From positions 13,277 through 77,276 of the forward strand of contig JBOHBN010000006.1 of the NCBI GenBank assembly GCA_050698355.1: a DNA stretch of 64,000 nt, in the 5' to 3' direction. The translations under genes and the position numbers were made by a program. Within the stretch, counting starts at the first letter, position 1, and the number at the start of each line of letters is the position of its first letter. Positions 18,336 through 27,341 of the stretch are shown piece by piece. The DNA is from Streptosporangiales bacterium. GTDB taxonomy: Bacteria; Actinomycetota; Actinomycetes; Streptosporangiales; WHST01. Below the pieces are notes generated by a model that searched no databases, was not told the DNA's origin, and saw nothing but the letters and a program-made list of their open reading frames with translations.

Positions 18336-19487
18336 ATGGCCGATGTGACACCTGCGGCACTCGATACGCCCCAGCGGTTCCGGGAGCGGTTTCCGTCGCT
18401 GGCGGACACGGTGCACCTGGCGAGCTGCAGCCAGGGCGCAGCCTCGACCGACCTCCTCGGCGCCTCGTTCGAGTTCCAGGCCACGATGCGCGAACACGGG
18501 GCGCCGTGGGATCTCTGGGTCGGTGAGGTCGAGCGCGCCAGGTCGTTGTTCGCCGCCCTCATCGGAGCCGAACCCACCGAGATCGCCGTCGTGCCGTCTG
18601 CCTCTGTCGGTGCCTACCAGGTCGCGTCGACCAGGAGCTGGACGACGCCGCGAGTAGTTACCACCGACATGGAGTTCCCGTCGGTCGCCCAGGTCTGGCA
18701 CGCTCAGTGTCCCCGGGGCGCCGACATCGTCCACGCTACAGACCACGACGGCATCGTCGCCGCAGAGGACTACGCGGCGGTGCTGGACGAACGGGCCTCC
18801 CTCGTATCGATACCGCTGGCCTCCTACCGCAATGGTGCGCGGCTTCCGGTCGCCGACGTCGCCACCATGGCGCACGACGTCGGGGCCCATGTGTTCGTCG
18901 ACGCGTACCAGGCGGCTGGTGTGCTTCCGACGGATGTGCACCAGCTGGGCTGCGACTACCTCGTGTCGGGTTCGTTGAAGTACCTGCTCGGGCTGCCGGG
19001 CATCGCGTTCTTGTACGTGCGCGACGGTGTGGCCGATCAGGTCGCCCCACAGCTCACCGGATGGTTCGGACGCGTGGACCCGTTCGCCTTCGATCCGTAT
19101 GCCGTCGACTTTCCCGCCGCCGCGCGACGGTTCGAGACGGGGACGCCGTCGATCCCGTCCGCGTACGGCGCGGTCGCGGGCATGACGGCGCTGACCCGTG
19201 TCGACGCGAAGGCGGTCGACCTGTACGTGCGCGAGCTGGGCGCCGAGCTGCACGCGAACCTGCACCGGGTCGGTGAGCGCATCTGGTCGCCGGCGGACCC
19301 CGAGCTGCGCGGAGCGCAGGTCGCCGTCGTGGACGACAACCCGACCGACCTCGCCGCATACCTCGCGCAGCGAAGGATCGTGACCAGCCCCCGCGGTCAC
19401 GTCATACGGCTCTCGTTGCACTACTACAACGACAGTTCAGACGTCGACGCCGTGTGCGCGGCCATCGCCGACTACCGGCGTGGCTAG
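18336..19487 (+). CDS. Aminotransferase class V-fold PLP enzyme (second copy)
   Basis: 383 aa. HLASCSQGA N-terminal motif. CDYLVSGSLKYLLG (PLP lysine context). Confidence 0.85.
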   Translation: MADVTPAALDTPQRFRERFPSLADTVHLASCSQGAASTDLLGASFEFQATMREHGAPWDLWVGEVERARSLFAALIGAEPTEIAVVPSASVGAYQVASTRSWTTPRVVTTDMEFPSVAQVWHAQCPRGADIVHATDHDGIVAAEDYAAVLDERASLVSIPLASYRNGARLPVADVATMAHDVGAHVFVDAYQAAGVLPTDVHQLGCDYLVSGSLKYLLGLPGIAFLYVRDGVADQVAPQLTGWFGRVDPFAFDPYAVDFPAAARRFETGTPSIPSAYGAVAGMTALTRVDAKAVDLYVRELGAELHANLHRVGERIWSPADPELRGAQVAVVDDNPTDLAAYLAQRRIVTSPRGHVIRLSLHYYNDSSDVDAVCAAIADYRRG

Positions 19488-19557
19488 GGCGGGCACGGGC
19501 GCCAGCGGTCGTGCATCCGAAGTTCGGCACATATGTGCGGCACGCCGCATCGGGCGT

Positions 19558-19683
19558 ACTTCCCACGATGAGTTCCTGCTCGGCCGAGGCCCCTACCAAG
19601 ATCCGTTTCTTCCGGCCGCGACGCGCAGGTTTCTGCGCGTTGCGGCCACACCGAACGGATCTTGACCTGATCATTTTGGGCTG
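19558..19683 (+). repeat. Composite repeat: family B left flank + family A palindrome (copy 2, 19598-19663) + shared right flank
   Basis: ACTTCCCACGATGAGTTCCTGCT ... AAGATCCGTTTCTTCCGGCCGCGACGCGCAGGTTTCTGCGCGTTGCGGCCACACCGAACGGATCTT ... TGATCATTTTGGGCTG. Lies between convergent genes. Confidence 0.8.
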
Positions 19684-19724
19684 CGTGGCGGGAGGACTCG
19701 TGCGACAAGTTCTGGCGCATGTCG

Positions 19725-22088
19725 CTAGGTGGGGCGCCAGCGGTCGTGCCGGACGCCGGGGCCGCCCTCGCGTACCAGCTGGAGACGCGGCTTCGGCCCT
19801 TCCATACGCCCGGTCTGTGGCTTGCGCCGGCCGGACCGCCACGGCAGCGGCCAGCGGGCGCCGGGCCCGTCGTAGTCCTGCTCCACTGCGGCATGCAGCG
19901 TCCAGTTGGGGTCGTACAGGTGAGCCCTGGCCAGCGCACACAGATCTGCCCGCCCGGCGAGGATGAGGGAGTTGACGTCGTCGTAGGACGAGATCGCTCC
20001 GACCGCGACGGTGGCGACGCCCACCCGGTTGCGGATCGCGTCGGCGAACGGGGTCTGGAAGGACCTGCCGTATGCCGGCTGCTCGTCGGGCGTGACCTGC
20101 CCGGCTGACACGTCCACGGCATCCGCGCCCGCGTCGGCGAAAGCTTGGGCGATCAACACCGCGTCGTCGGCGTCGATGCCGCCCTCGACCCAATCGGTGG
20201 CCGAGATGCGCACGGTCATCGGCTTGCCCTGTGGCCACACCCCACGCATCGCGGCGAAGACCTCGAGCGGGTAGCGGAGCCGGTTCTGCAACGAGCCGCC
20301 GTACCGGTCGGTGCGGTGGTTGGTGACAGGAGAGATGAAGCTGGAGAGCAGGTAGCCGTGAGCGCAATGCAGCTCGACCAGGTCGAGGCCCGCACGTTCG
20401 GCGCGTCTCGTGGCGTCGACGAACTCCTGCTCGATCCCCTCCAAGTCCGCGCCCGTCAGCTCGCGCGGCACCTGGTTGACGCCCGGCTGGTACGCGAGCG
20501 GCGACGGCGCCACGACCTCCCAGTTGCCGTCAGGCAGCGGCTGGTCGATGCCCTCCCACATCCGTTTGGTGGAGCCCTTCCGGCCGGAGTGGCCGAGCTG
20601 CATCCCCACCTTGGCGTCAGTCTGTTCGTGTACGAAGTCGGTGATCCGGCGGAAGGCGGTCACGTGCTCGTCGGCGTACATCCCGCAGCAGCCAGGGGAT
20701 ATGCGCCCCTCGGGTGAGACGCAGACCATCTCGGTCATCACCAGACCGGCGCCGCCGAGTGCCTTACCGGCAAGGTGCGCGAAGTGGAAGTCGCCGGGTG
20801 TCCCGTCCTGGGCCACGTACATGTCCATCGCCGAGACGATGACGCGGTTGGCCAGCTCCAGCTCGCGCAGGCGGAACGGCTGGAACATCGGCGGGCGTAC
20901 GTCACCCGGCGCCATGCCACGGCGGTGCTCGTGCGCGGCGAACCAGGCGTCGGCGTGCTCGACGAACTCGTGGTCGCGGACGCGCAGGTTGTCGTAGGTG
21001 ACCCGGCGGCTGCGGGTGATGATGTTGAACGCGAACTGGGAGGCGTCCTGGTGCAGGTACTGGCCGAGGTTCTCGAACCACTCCAGGCTCGCCTGCGCTG
21101 CCCGCTGCGTGGACAGCACGACCGGCCTGCGCTCGGTCTCGTACGCGGTCAGCGCCGCCTCGACGCCGTCCTGCTCGTGCAGGCACGCCGCGAGTGCCAG
21201 TGCGTCCTCCATGGCGAGCTTGGTGCCCGAGCCGATGGAGAAGTGCGCGGTGTGCGCGGCATCCCCGAGCAGTACGACGTTCCCGTGCCGCCAGCACTCG
21301 TTTCGTACGGTTGTGAAGCTGATCCACTTGGAGTTGTTGGTGATCACCTTGTGACCGTCGAGGACGTCGCTGAACATCTCCCGCACGATCGCAACCGACT
21401 CCTCGTCCGACTCACCCGGCCGCAGGTCGGTGTCGGCGACCCGGTCGAAGCCCGCGGCGTGCCAGACGCCATCGTGCATCTCCACGATGAACGTGCTGCC
21501 GTGCGTGTCGTACGGGTACCCGTGGGTCTGCATGACACCGTACGGCGTCTGCCTGATGTAGAACTTGAACGCGTCGAACACCCGGTCGGTGCCGAGCCAC
21601 ATGTAGCGGCACTGCCGTACGTCCAGCGTGGGCTGGAAGGTGTCCGCGTAGCGGGCGCGGGTGGCGGAGTTGGCGCCGTCGCCGGCGACGACCAGATCGT
21701 GGCTCGCCGCGATCGTGGCCACGTCGGGTGCTTCGGTGAGAAAGTGCACGGTGATCCCGAGGTCGCGGCACCGCTCCTGCAGGATCTCGAGCAGCCGACG
21801 CCGGCTGATCGCGGCGAACCCGTGGCCGCCGCTGGTGATCACCTCGTCCTTGACGTGGACGTCGATGTCGTCCCAGTGGGCGAACTCGGCTCGCATCGCC
21901 GCGTAGACCGCCGGGTCGGCGTGCTCGATACCACCGAGGGTCTCGTCGGAGAAGACGACGCCGAAGCCGAACGTGTCGCAGGCGGCGTTGCGTTCCCACA
22001 CGGTGATCTCGTGCTGAGGTCCTAGCTGCTTGGCAAGCGCGGCGAAGTACAGGCCACCTGGCCCGCCACCGATCACGGCGATACGCAC
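19725..22088 (-). CDS. Bifunctional aryl-CoA hydroxylase/reductase: N-terminal FAD monooxygenase fused to C-terminal OYE-like NADH:flavin oxidoreductase (salicylyl-CoA 5-hydroxylase / 2-aminobenzoyl-CoA monooxygenase-reductase family)
   Basis: VRIAVIGGGPGGLYFA dinucleotide fold. GDAAHTAHFSIGSGTKLAMEDA. C-terminal OYE half (ELHCAHGYLLSSFISP). GTG at 22088 preferred because GGGAGG lies 6 nt upstream; the ORF is open to a TTG at 22139. Confidence 0.9.
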   Translation of the reverse strand: MRIAVIGGGPGGLYFAALAKQLGPQHEITVWERNAACDTFGFGVVFSDETLGGIEHADPAVYAAMRAEFAHWDDIDVHVKDEVITSGGHGFAAISRRRLLEILQERCRDLGITVHFLTEAPDVATIAASHDLVVAGDGANSATRARYADTFQPTLDVRQCRYMWLGTDRVFDAFKFYIRQTPYGVMQTHGYPYDTHGSTFIVEMHDGVWHAAGFDRVADTDLRPGESDEESVAIVREMFSDVLDGHKVITNNSKWISFTTVRNECWRHGNVVLLGDAAHTAHFSIGSGTKLAMEDALALAACLHEQDGVEAALTAYETERRPVVLSTQRAAQASLEWFENLGQYLHQDASQFAFNIITRSRRVTYDNLRVRDHEFVEHADAWFAAHEHRRGMAPGDVRPPMFQPFRLRELELANRVIVSAMDMYVAQDGTPGDFHFAHLAGKALGGAGLVMTEMVCVSPEGRISPGCCGMYADEHVTAFRRITDFVHEQTDAKVGMQLGHSGRKGSTKRMWEGIDQPLPDGNWEVVAPSPLAYQPGVNQVPRELTGADLEGIEQEFVDATRRAERAGLDLVELHCAHGYLLSSFISPVTNHRTDRYGGSLQNRLRYPLEVFAAMRGVWPQGKPMTVRISATDWVEGGIDADDAVLIAQAFADAGADAVDVSAGQVTPDEQPAYGRSFQTPFADAIRNRVGVATVAVGAISSYDDVNSLILAGRADLCALARAHLYDPNWTLHAAVEQDYDGPGARWPLPWRSGRRKPQTGRMEGPKPRLQLVREGGPGVRHDRWRPT

Positions 22089-22122
22089 AACGGCCCTCCC
22101 ACTTCCGGCATGATATGTTGTG

Positions 22123-22155
22123 TTTTCGACGGTCGTCAATGTGACGGTACGAAAA
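22123..22155. promoter_or_regulatory. Imperfect palindrome in the divergent promoter of the aryl-CoA cluster
   Basis: TTTTCGACGGTCGTCAATGTGACGGTACGAAAA: TTTTCG...CGAAAA arms and TCA/TGA core, in an AT-richer stretch between the start at 22088 and the start at 22192. Confidence 0.3.
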
Positions 22156-22191
22156 GGCGAGCTCGGTCGTCACGAGGGAGGTCGTTCGGCG

Positions 22192-23019
22192 ATGAGTCCG
22201 TTCCGGGCATCCGCGCCCTTCACCCAGGCCTGGAAGCACTTCCGCGTGGAGCGAGACGGCGGCATTGCGACCGTCACCTTCGACCGGCCGGACAAGCTGA
22301 ACGCGCTGACCTTCGAGGTGTACGCGGACCTGCGGGACTTCATCGCCGAGCTGCCGCACCGCGACGACACCCGTGTGGTCGTGCTGCGCGGCGAGGGCAG
22401 GGCGTTCTGCTCGGGCGGCGATGTGAACGAGATCATCGGCGCGACACTGCGGATGCGCCCGGATGAGCTGCTCTCGTTCACCCGGATGAGCGGCGAGGTC
22501 GTACGCGCGATGCGCGAGAGCCCGGTGCCGATCATCGCTGCTGTGCACGGCACAGCAGCGGGCGCCGGTTCGGTACTCGCGCTCGCCAGCGACTTTCGCA
22601 TCATGGCGCGCTCTGCGTCCTTTGCGTTCCTTTTCACTCGCGTCGGGCTGTCCGGTGCGGACATGGGCGCGGCCTACTTGCTCCCCCGGCTGGTCGGACT
22701 CGGCCGCGCCACCCAGCTGCTGATGCTGGGCGACTCGCTGCCGGCGGAACAGGCCGAACGCTGGGGTTTGGTGAGCGAACTCGTCGACGACGGCCGAGCC
22801 GATGAGACCGCGCGGGCGATCGCCGAGCGTCTCGCGCAAGGACCGTGGCAGGCGTACGCCCAGACCAAGGCGTTGCTCACCCGCGAGCTGGACATGAGCC
22901 TCCCCGGCGCGATCGAGCTCGAGGCGATGACCCAGGCGCTGCTGATGAAGGGGGAGGACTACCGCGAGTTCCATGCGGCGTTCACCGGCAAGCGGCAGCC
23001 CGAGTGGCAGGGCCGCTGA
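22192..23019 (+). CDS. Enoyl-CoA hydratase/isomerase family protein
   Basis: VTFDRPDKLNALT...VLRGEGRAFCSGGDV...AVHGTAAGAGSVLAL. RBS GGGAGG upstream of the ATG. Confidence 0.9.
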   Translation: MSPFRASAPFTQAWKHFRVERDGGIATVTFDRPDKLNALTFEVYADLRDFIAELPHRDDTRVVVLRGEGRAFCSGGDVNEIIGATLRMRPDELLSFTRMSGEVVRAMRESPVPIIAAVHGTAAGAGSVLALASDFRIMARSASFAFLFTRVGLSGADMGAAYLLPRLVGLGRATQLLMLGDSLPAEQAERWGLVSELVDDGRADETARAIAERLAQGPWQAYAQTKALLTRELDMSLPGAIELEAMTQALLMKGEDYREFHAAFTGKRQPEWQGR

Positions 23020-23021
23020 GA

Positions 23022-24167
23022 ATGGGCGAGCACCCGTGGGAGCTGAGCCCCGGACAGCGCGAGCTCATGGAATGGGTGCGTGAGGTCGCCCACACGACGT
23101 TGTGCCCGCTGGCCGAGGGTGGCGCGTCTGGGCACGTCAACCGCGAACTCGTACGGGCGCTGGGAGAACTCGGGCTGCTCGCGCGGCTGTTCCCCGGCGT
23201 ACGGGACGGATCGCCGTCCCGCGCTGCCGCCGCCCTGGAGCTGTGCCTGTTGCGTGAGTCGCTCGCCATGGTATCGACCGAGGCGGAGACTGCGCTGGCG
23301 TTGCAGGGGCTCGGCACGTACCCGATCCTGCAGTCGGGTTCGGACGCGCTGGTACGCCGGTGGGTGCCCGCGGTCGCGCGTGGCGAGGCCGTCGCCGCTT
23401 TCGCGTTGACCGAGCCGGAGGCGGGATCGGACGCTGCAGCGCTGTCGCTATCGGCGGACAGCGACGGTGACGGCTGGCGGTTGACCGGCGAGAAGCTGTG
23501 GATCTCCAACGCGCCGGACGCTGACTTCTACACGGTGTTCGCCCGGACGACACCCGACGCGGGCGCCCGTGGCGTGAGCGCATTCGTCCTGCCGGCCGAC
23601 CGGGCTGGGCTCTCCGGGGAGCGGCTCGAGATGCTCTCGCCGCACCCGATCGGGCGGCTGCGGCTCGACGCCGTGCCCGTACACGCCGATGAACTGCTCG
23701 GCGAGCAGGACCGGGGGTTCGCCGTCGCGATGCGCACGCTCGACCTGTTCCGGCCGAGCGTCGGCGCCTTCGCGGTGGGCATGGCACAGGCGGCACTCGA
23801 CTCCGCCGTAGCGCATGCCGACGCCCGTACTGCCTTCGGCGGGCCGCTGCGCCAGTTGCAGTCGGTGGCCCACACCCTTGCCGACATGGCTGCGCGCACC
23901 GAGGCTGCCCGACTCATGGTGTACCGCGCCGGTGCCGCGTACGACGCGGGACGTCCCGGAGTGGCGAGCACCTCGGCGATGGCCAAGCTGTACGCGACCG
24001 AGACCGCGCAGTTCGTGGTGGACGCCGCGATCCAGGTGCACGGCGCTCGGGCGCTCCAGCACGGTCACCTGCTCGAGCACCTCTACCGCGAGGTGCGGGC
24101 GCCGCGCATCTACGAGGGTGCCAGCGAGGTGCAGCGCTCCATCATCGCTCGCGGCCTCTACCGCTGA
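23022..24167 (+). CDS. Acyl-CoA dehydrogenase
   Basis: FALTEPEAGSDAAAL...KLWISNAP...YEGASEVQRSIIAR. Starts 2 nt after the hydratase stop. Confidence 0.9.
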   Translation: MGEHPWELSPGQRELMEWVREVAHTTLCPLAEGGASGHVNRELVRALGELGLLARLFPGVRDGSPSRAAAALELCLLRESLAMVSTEAETALALQGLGTYPILQSGSDALVRRWVPAVARGEAVAAFALTEPEAGSDAAALSLSADSDGDGWRLTGEKLWISNAPDADFYTVFARTTPDAGARGVSAFVLPADRAGLSGERLEMLSPHPIGRLRLDAVPVHADELLGEQDRGFAVAMRTLDLFRPSVGAFAVGMAQAALDSAVAHADARTAFGGPLRQLQSVAHTLADMAARTEAARLMVYRAGAAYDAGRPGVASTSAMAKLYATETAQFVVDAAIQVHGARALQHGHLLEHLYREVRAPRIYEGASEVQRSIIARGLYR

Positions 24168-24175
24168 CCCTGAGC

Positions 24176-24207
24176 CGGAGGCCGTACTCAGCCGAGTACG
24201 GCCTCCG
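24176..24207. terminator. GC-rich hairpin between convergent genes (candidate bidirectional terminator)
   Basis: CGGAGGCCGTACTC-AGCC-GAGTACGGCCTCCG: 14-bp perfect stem, 4-nt loop. Overlaps the last codons of the minus-strand ligase gene. Confidence 0.55.
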
Positions 24208-25810
24208 CACGCAACCGGAACCGCTGCAGCTTGCCAGTGCTGGTCCGGGGCAGCTCGAATAGGAACACCACCCCACGCGGATACTTGTACGGGGCGATAC
24301 GCGTCTTGGTGAAGTCCTGCAGCTCCTTGATCTTCACGTCGTCACCGGGTACCTCCGGCCGCAGGACGACGAACGCGGTGACCAGCTGCCCGCGTGCCTC
24401 ATCCGGCACGCCGACGACCGCGCACTCGGTGACGTCCGGATGGGCGAGCAGCGCCTCTTCCACTTCGGGCGCGGCAATGTTGTACCCGGAGGAGATGATC
24501 ATGTCGTCGCTGCGGGCCTGGTACCAGAAGTAGCCGTCCTGGTCCTGCATGTACGTGTCGCCGGTGATGTTCCAGCCGTTCTGCGCGTACACCTCCTGCC
24601 GGTCGCCCGCCAGATAGCGGCACCCGGTAGGGCCCTTGACCGCAAGCCGACCCACCTCACCGGGCGGAAGCGGATTGCCGGCGGTGTCGACCACGGCGGC
24701 GGTGTACCCGGGAACGGGCTTGCCGGTCGACCCGGGACGGATGCCGTCGTCGGCCGCGGAGATGAATATGTGCAGCATCTCGGTGGACCCGATGCCGTCG
24801 ATGATCCGTACGCCTGTGGCGTCGTGGAACTCGCGCCACGTCTCCGCGGGCAGATGTTCACCGGCCGAGACACAGCGGCGCAGCGTGACCAGTCTTTCCG
24901 GCCACCCCGCGCGGAGCATGGCCCGGTACGCGGTGGGCGCGGTGAAGCAGATCGTGACCCCATGCGCGGCGATGTGGTCGGCCAACTCGTCCGCCGACGC
25001 CTTCTCGATCAGCAGGGACGAGGCGCCGACGCGCAGCGGGAACACCACCAGTCCACCGAGGCCGAAGGTGAAGGCCAGCGGTGGCGTGCCGGTGAACACG
25101 TCGTCCGGTCGCGGTCGGAGCACGTGCTTGGAGAACGTGTCTGCGTTGGCGAGCACATCACGGTGGAAGTGCATCGTCGCCTTCGGGCGTCCCGTCGTGC
25201 CCGAGGTGAACGCGAGCAGGGCGACGTCGTCGGCTGCGGTGTCGACGGCTTCGAACGCGGCATCCAGGTGCTCGGCGCGCCGGGTGAGGTCGTCGGCGCC
25301 ATCACCGCCGTACGTGACGACCCGCGCCGTACCGAGGTCTGCCGCCAACAGATCGGCGATGAAGCGGTGATCGCAGAGTGCGATGTCGACCTGGGCAATC
25401 TCGCGGACTGTGCTGAGCTCGCCGGGACGGAGCAACGGCATCGTCGTGACGACGACGCCGCCCGCCCTGAGCACCGCGATCCAGCAGGCCACGAGCCACG
25501 GATTGTTCGGTCCCCGCAACAGCACCCGGTTGCCCGGTACCAGACCCAGCTCACCGACGAGCACCCGCGCGATCCGGTTGGATACGCGCAGCAGCTCCGC
25601 ATAGCTCCACCGCTCACCGGCCGGCGACAGCACGCACGGGCGATCACCGCCGTGCTCGGTAATGGTGCGCTCCAGCAGTTCGGCCGCGCAGTTCAGCCGG
25701 TCCGGATAACGCACGTCCGGCAGGTCGACGATGAGCTCGGGCCAGGTAGCGGGGGCTGGGAGGTGGTCGCGGCAGAACGTGTCGACGTGCGCCGATCGGG
25801 TCAGCTGCAT
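24188..25810 (-). CDS. Aryl-CoA ligase (AMP-binding; benzoate / 2-aminobenzoate-CoA ligase family)
   Basis: FTSGTTGRPKATMH AMP-binding motif. GDTYMQDQDGYFWYQARSDDMIISSGYNI. C-terminal PRTSTGKLQRF. Confidence 0.9.
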   Translation of the reverse strand: MQLTRSAHVDTFCRDHLPAPATWPELIVDLPDVRYPDRLNCAAELLERTITEHGGDRPCVLSPAGERWSYAELLRVSNRIARVLVGELGLVPGNRVLLRGPNNPWLVACWIAVLRAGGVVVTTMPLLRPGELSTVREIAQVDIALCDHRFIADLLAADLGTARVVTYGGDGADDLTRRAEHLDAAFEAVDTAADDVALLAFTSGTTGRPKATMHFHRDVLANADTFSKHVLRPRPDDVFTGTPPLAFTFGLGGLVVFPLRVGASSLLIEKASADELADHIAAHGVTICFTAPTAYRAMLRAGWPERLVTLRRCVSAGEHLPAETWREFHDATGVRIIDGIGSTEMLHIFISAADDGIRPGSTGKPVPGYTAAVVDTAGNPLPPGEVGRLAVKGPTGCRYLAGDRQEVYAQNGWNITGDTYMQDQDGYFWYQARSDDMIISSGYNIAAPEVEEALLAHPDVTECAVVGVPDEARGQLVTAFVVLRPEVPGDDVKIKELQDFTKTRIAPYKYPRGVVFLFELPRTSTGKLQRFRLRAEAVLG

Positions 25811-25924
25811 GAGGTCCTCCGAGAGCAGTCTGCTGCCTTCAGTATTCCTTGTGAGTGACGGCAGTCAAGGGCACGCAACATAGCGTCAGTGTGACGGGCG
25901 TCGATATCCCGCTATCCTGCTGGC

Positions 25925-26758
25925 GTGACGACGATCGAGGAGGTCGGTGCGGCACGCGCGTCGCAACCGCGTGCGCTGATCGTCACCGTGTACGGGTTGT
26001 ACGCACGCGAGGAGGGCGGCTGGATCAGCATCGCCGCGTTGATCCGGTTGCTCGCCGAGCTGGGCGTGGACGAGCCCGCCGTACGCTCCTCCATCTCCCG
26101 GCTGAAGCGGCGCAGCATCCTCGAGGCCCAGCGGGTGGACGGGGCCGCCGGGTACGGCCTGTCCCGCAGGGCCCGCGACATCCTCGACGAGGGTGACCGG
26201 CGGATCTTCCAGCGGCCACGCGCCCACCTCGGTGACGGCTGGCTGCTCGCCGTGTTCAGTGTGCCCGAGTCGCTGCGACGTAAGCGGCACACGCTGCGCT
26301 CACGGCTGGCGTGGCTCGGGTTCGGCGCCGTCGCGGCCGGAGTGTGGATCGCGCCGGCGCACCTGGACGCCGAGACACGCGACGTGCTCGAGCGCTACGA
26401 GCTGGCCGACTACGTCGACCTGTTCCATGCCGACTACCGCGCGTTCGGTGACGTACGCGAGAAGGTACGAGAGTGGTGGGACCTGGACGAGCTGCAACGG
26501 CTGTACGACGAGTTCCTCGCTGTGTACGCGCCAGTCCTCGGCAAGTGGAAACGTCGCCGCGCGCCCGACGACGCTCAGGCGTTCCACGACTACGTGCGCG
26601 CGCTCACTGCGTGGCGGCAGCTGCCGTTCCTCGATCCGGGCCTCGCCGGCGAGGTGTTGCCCAGCGACTGGCACGGGACCCGGGCGGGCGACCTCTTCTT
26701 CGCTCTGCGTACGCGGTTGGCCGAACCGGCGCACCGGTACGTCGTCGGCGTCCGCTGA
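25925..26758 (+). CDS. PaaX-family transcriptional repressor
   Basis: PRALIVTVYGLYAREEGGWISIAALIRLLAELGVDEPAVRSSISRLKRR...LRSRLAWLGFGAVAAGVWIAP. Confidence 0.85.
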   Translation: MTTIEEVGAARASQPRALIVTVYGLYAREEGGWISIAALIRLLAELGVDEPAVRSSISRLKRRSILEAQRVDGAAGYGLSRRARDILDEGDRRIFQRPRAHLGDGWLLAVFSVPESLRRKRHTLRSRLAWLGFGAVAAGVWIAPAHLDAETRDVLERYELADYVDLFHADYRAFGDVREKVREWWDLDELQRLYDEFLAVYAPVLGKWKRRRAPDDAQAFHDYVRALTAWRQLPFLDPGLAGEVLPSDWHGTRAGDLFFALRTRLAEPAHRYVVGVR

Positions 26759-26767
26759 TCCTCCCGG

Positions 26768-27166
26768 TCAGCCGGACACGACCGCGAACCCCTGCAGCTC
26801 GACCAGCGCCTCGATGTCCCACAGCCGACGTACGCCGACCGCGGCCATCGCTGGGTAGTCGGCACCGACGAGCCGGCGCCACACCGCACCGATGTCACGG
26901 GCGTGTGCCTTGTAGTCGTCCATGTCGACGATGTAGACGCTGAGGCTTGCGAGCTGATCCGGTCGGCCCCCCGCGGCGCGTAGGGTTTCGAGCAGATTCC
27001 CGAGAGCTTGCTCGAACTGTTCAACGACTCCTGCGCCGACGATCCGCCCATCGGCGTCGAGTGCGGTCTGGCCGGCGAGATGGACGGTGCGCCCGTCGGC
27101 GACCACGGCGTGCGAGAAGCCGCTCGGCCGGCCCAGGCTCTCCGGGTTGACGCGTTCGAGGCTCAC
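26768..27166 (-). CDS. RidA/YjgF-family enamine/imine deaminase
   Basis: GFSHAVVADGRTVHLAGQTALDADGRIVG...VEQFEQALGNLLETLRAAG. GTG start at 27164-27166 chosen; upstream in-frame starts are possible (ORF open to 27352). Confidence 0.8.
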   Translation of the reverse strand: MSLERVNPESLGRPSGFSHAVVADGRTVHLAGQTALDADGRIVGAGVVEQFEQALGNLLETLRAAGGRPDQLASLSVYIVDMDDYKAHARDIGAVWRRLVGADYPAMAAVGVRRLWDIEALVELQGFAVVSG

Positions 27167-27341
27167 GACTGCCACGCGTCGCAGGCAACAGTCGCAACAA
27201 GGGCAGCGCGGTGGTTGGGCATTCCTGGAGCGTCGCATGACCTCGTTCCGAGCGTCAACGAGCGACCTGCAGGCGAGCGTGCGTACGCTGCAGGATGGGT
27301 GATGAAGGGCGGCCGGATCGCTTGTGACGACGGAGGCGCGG

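Noticed and set aside
14948-19487. Calling either class-V PLP enzyme kynureninase (kynU)
   Set aside because: Only generic class-V fold features are recognisable, and I could not identify kynureninase-specific motifs. Kept as generic class-V enzymes, with the pathway idea flagged as a hypothesis.
22089-22139. TTG start at 22139 for the bifunctional hydroxylase
   Set aside because: The GTG at 22088 places the GxGxxG fold at the usual distance from the N-terminus and has a GGGAGG RBS 6 nt upstream. The TTG extension would also remove the divergent promoter space.
25811-25924. PaaX operator in the ligase-paaX intergenic region
   Set aside because: I saw no convincing palindrome or similarity to the E. 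coli PaaX box. Not annotated.
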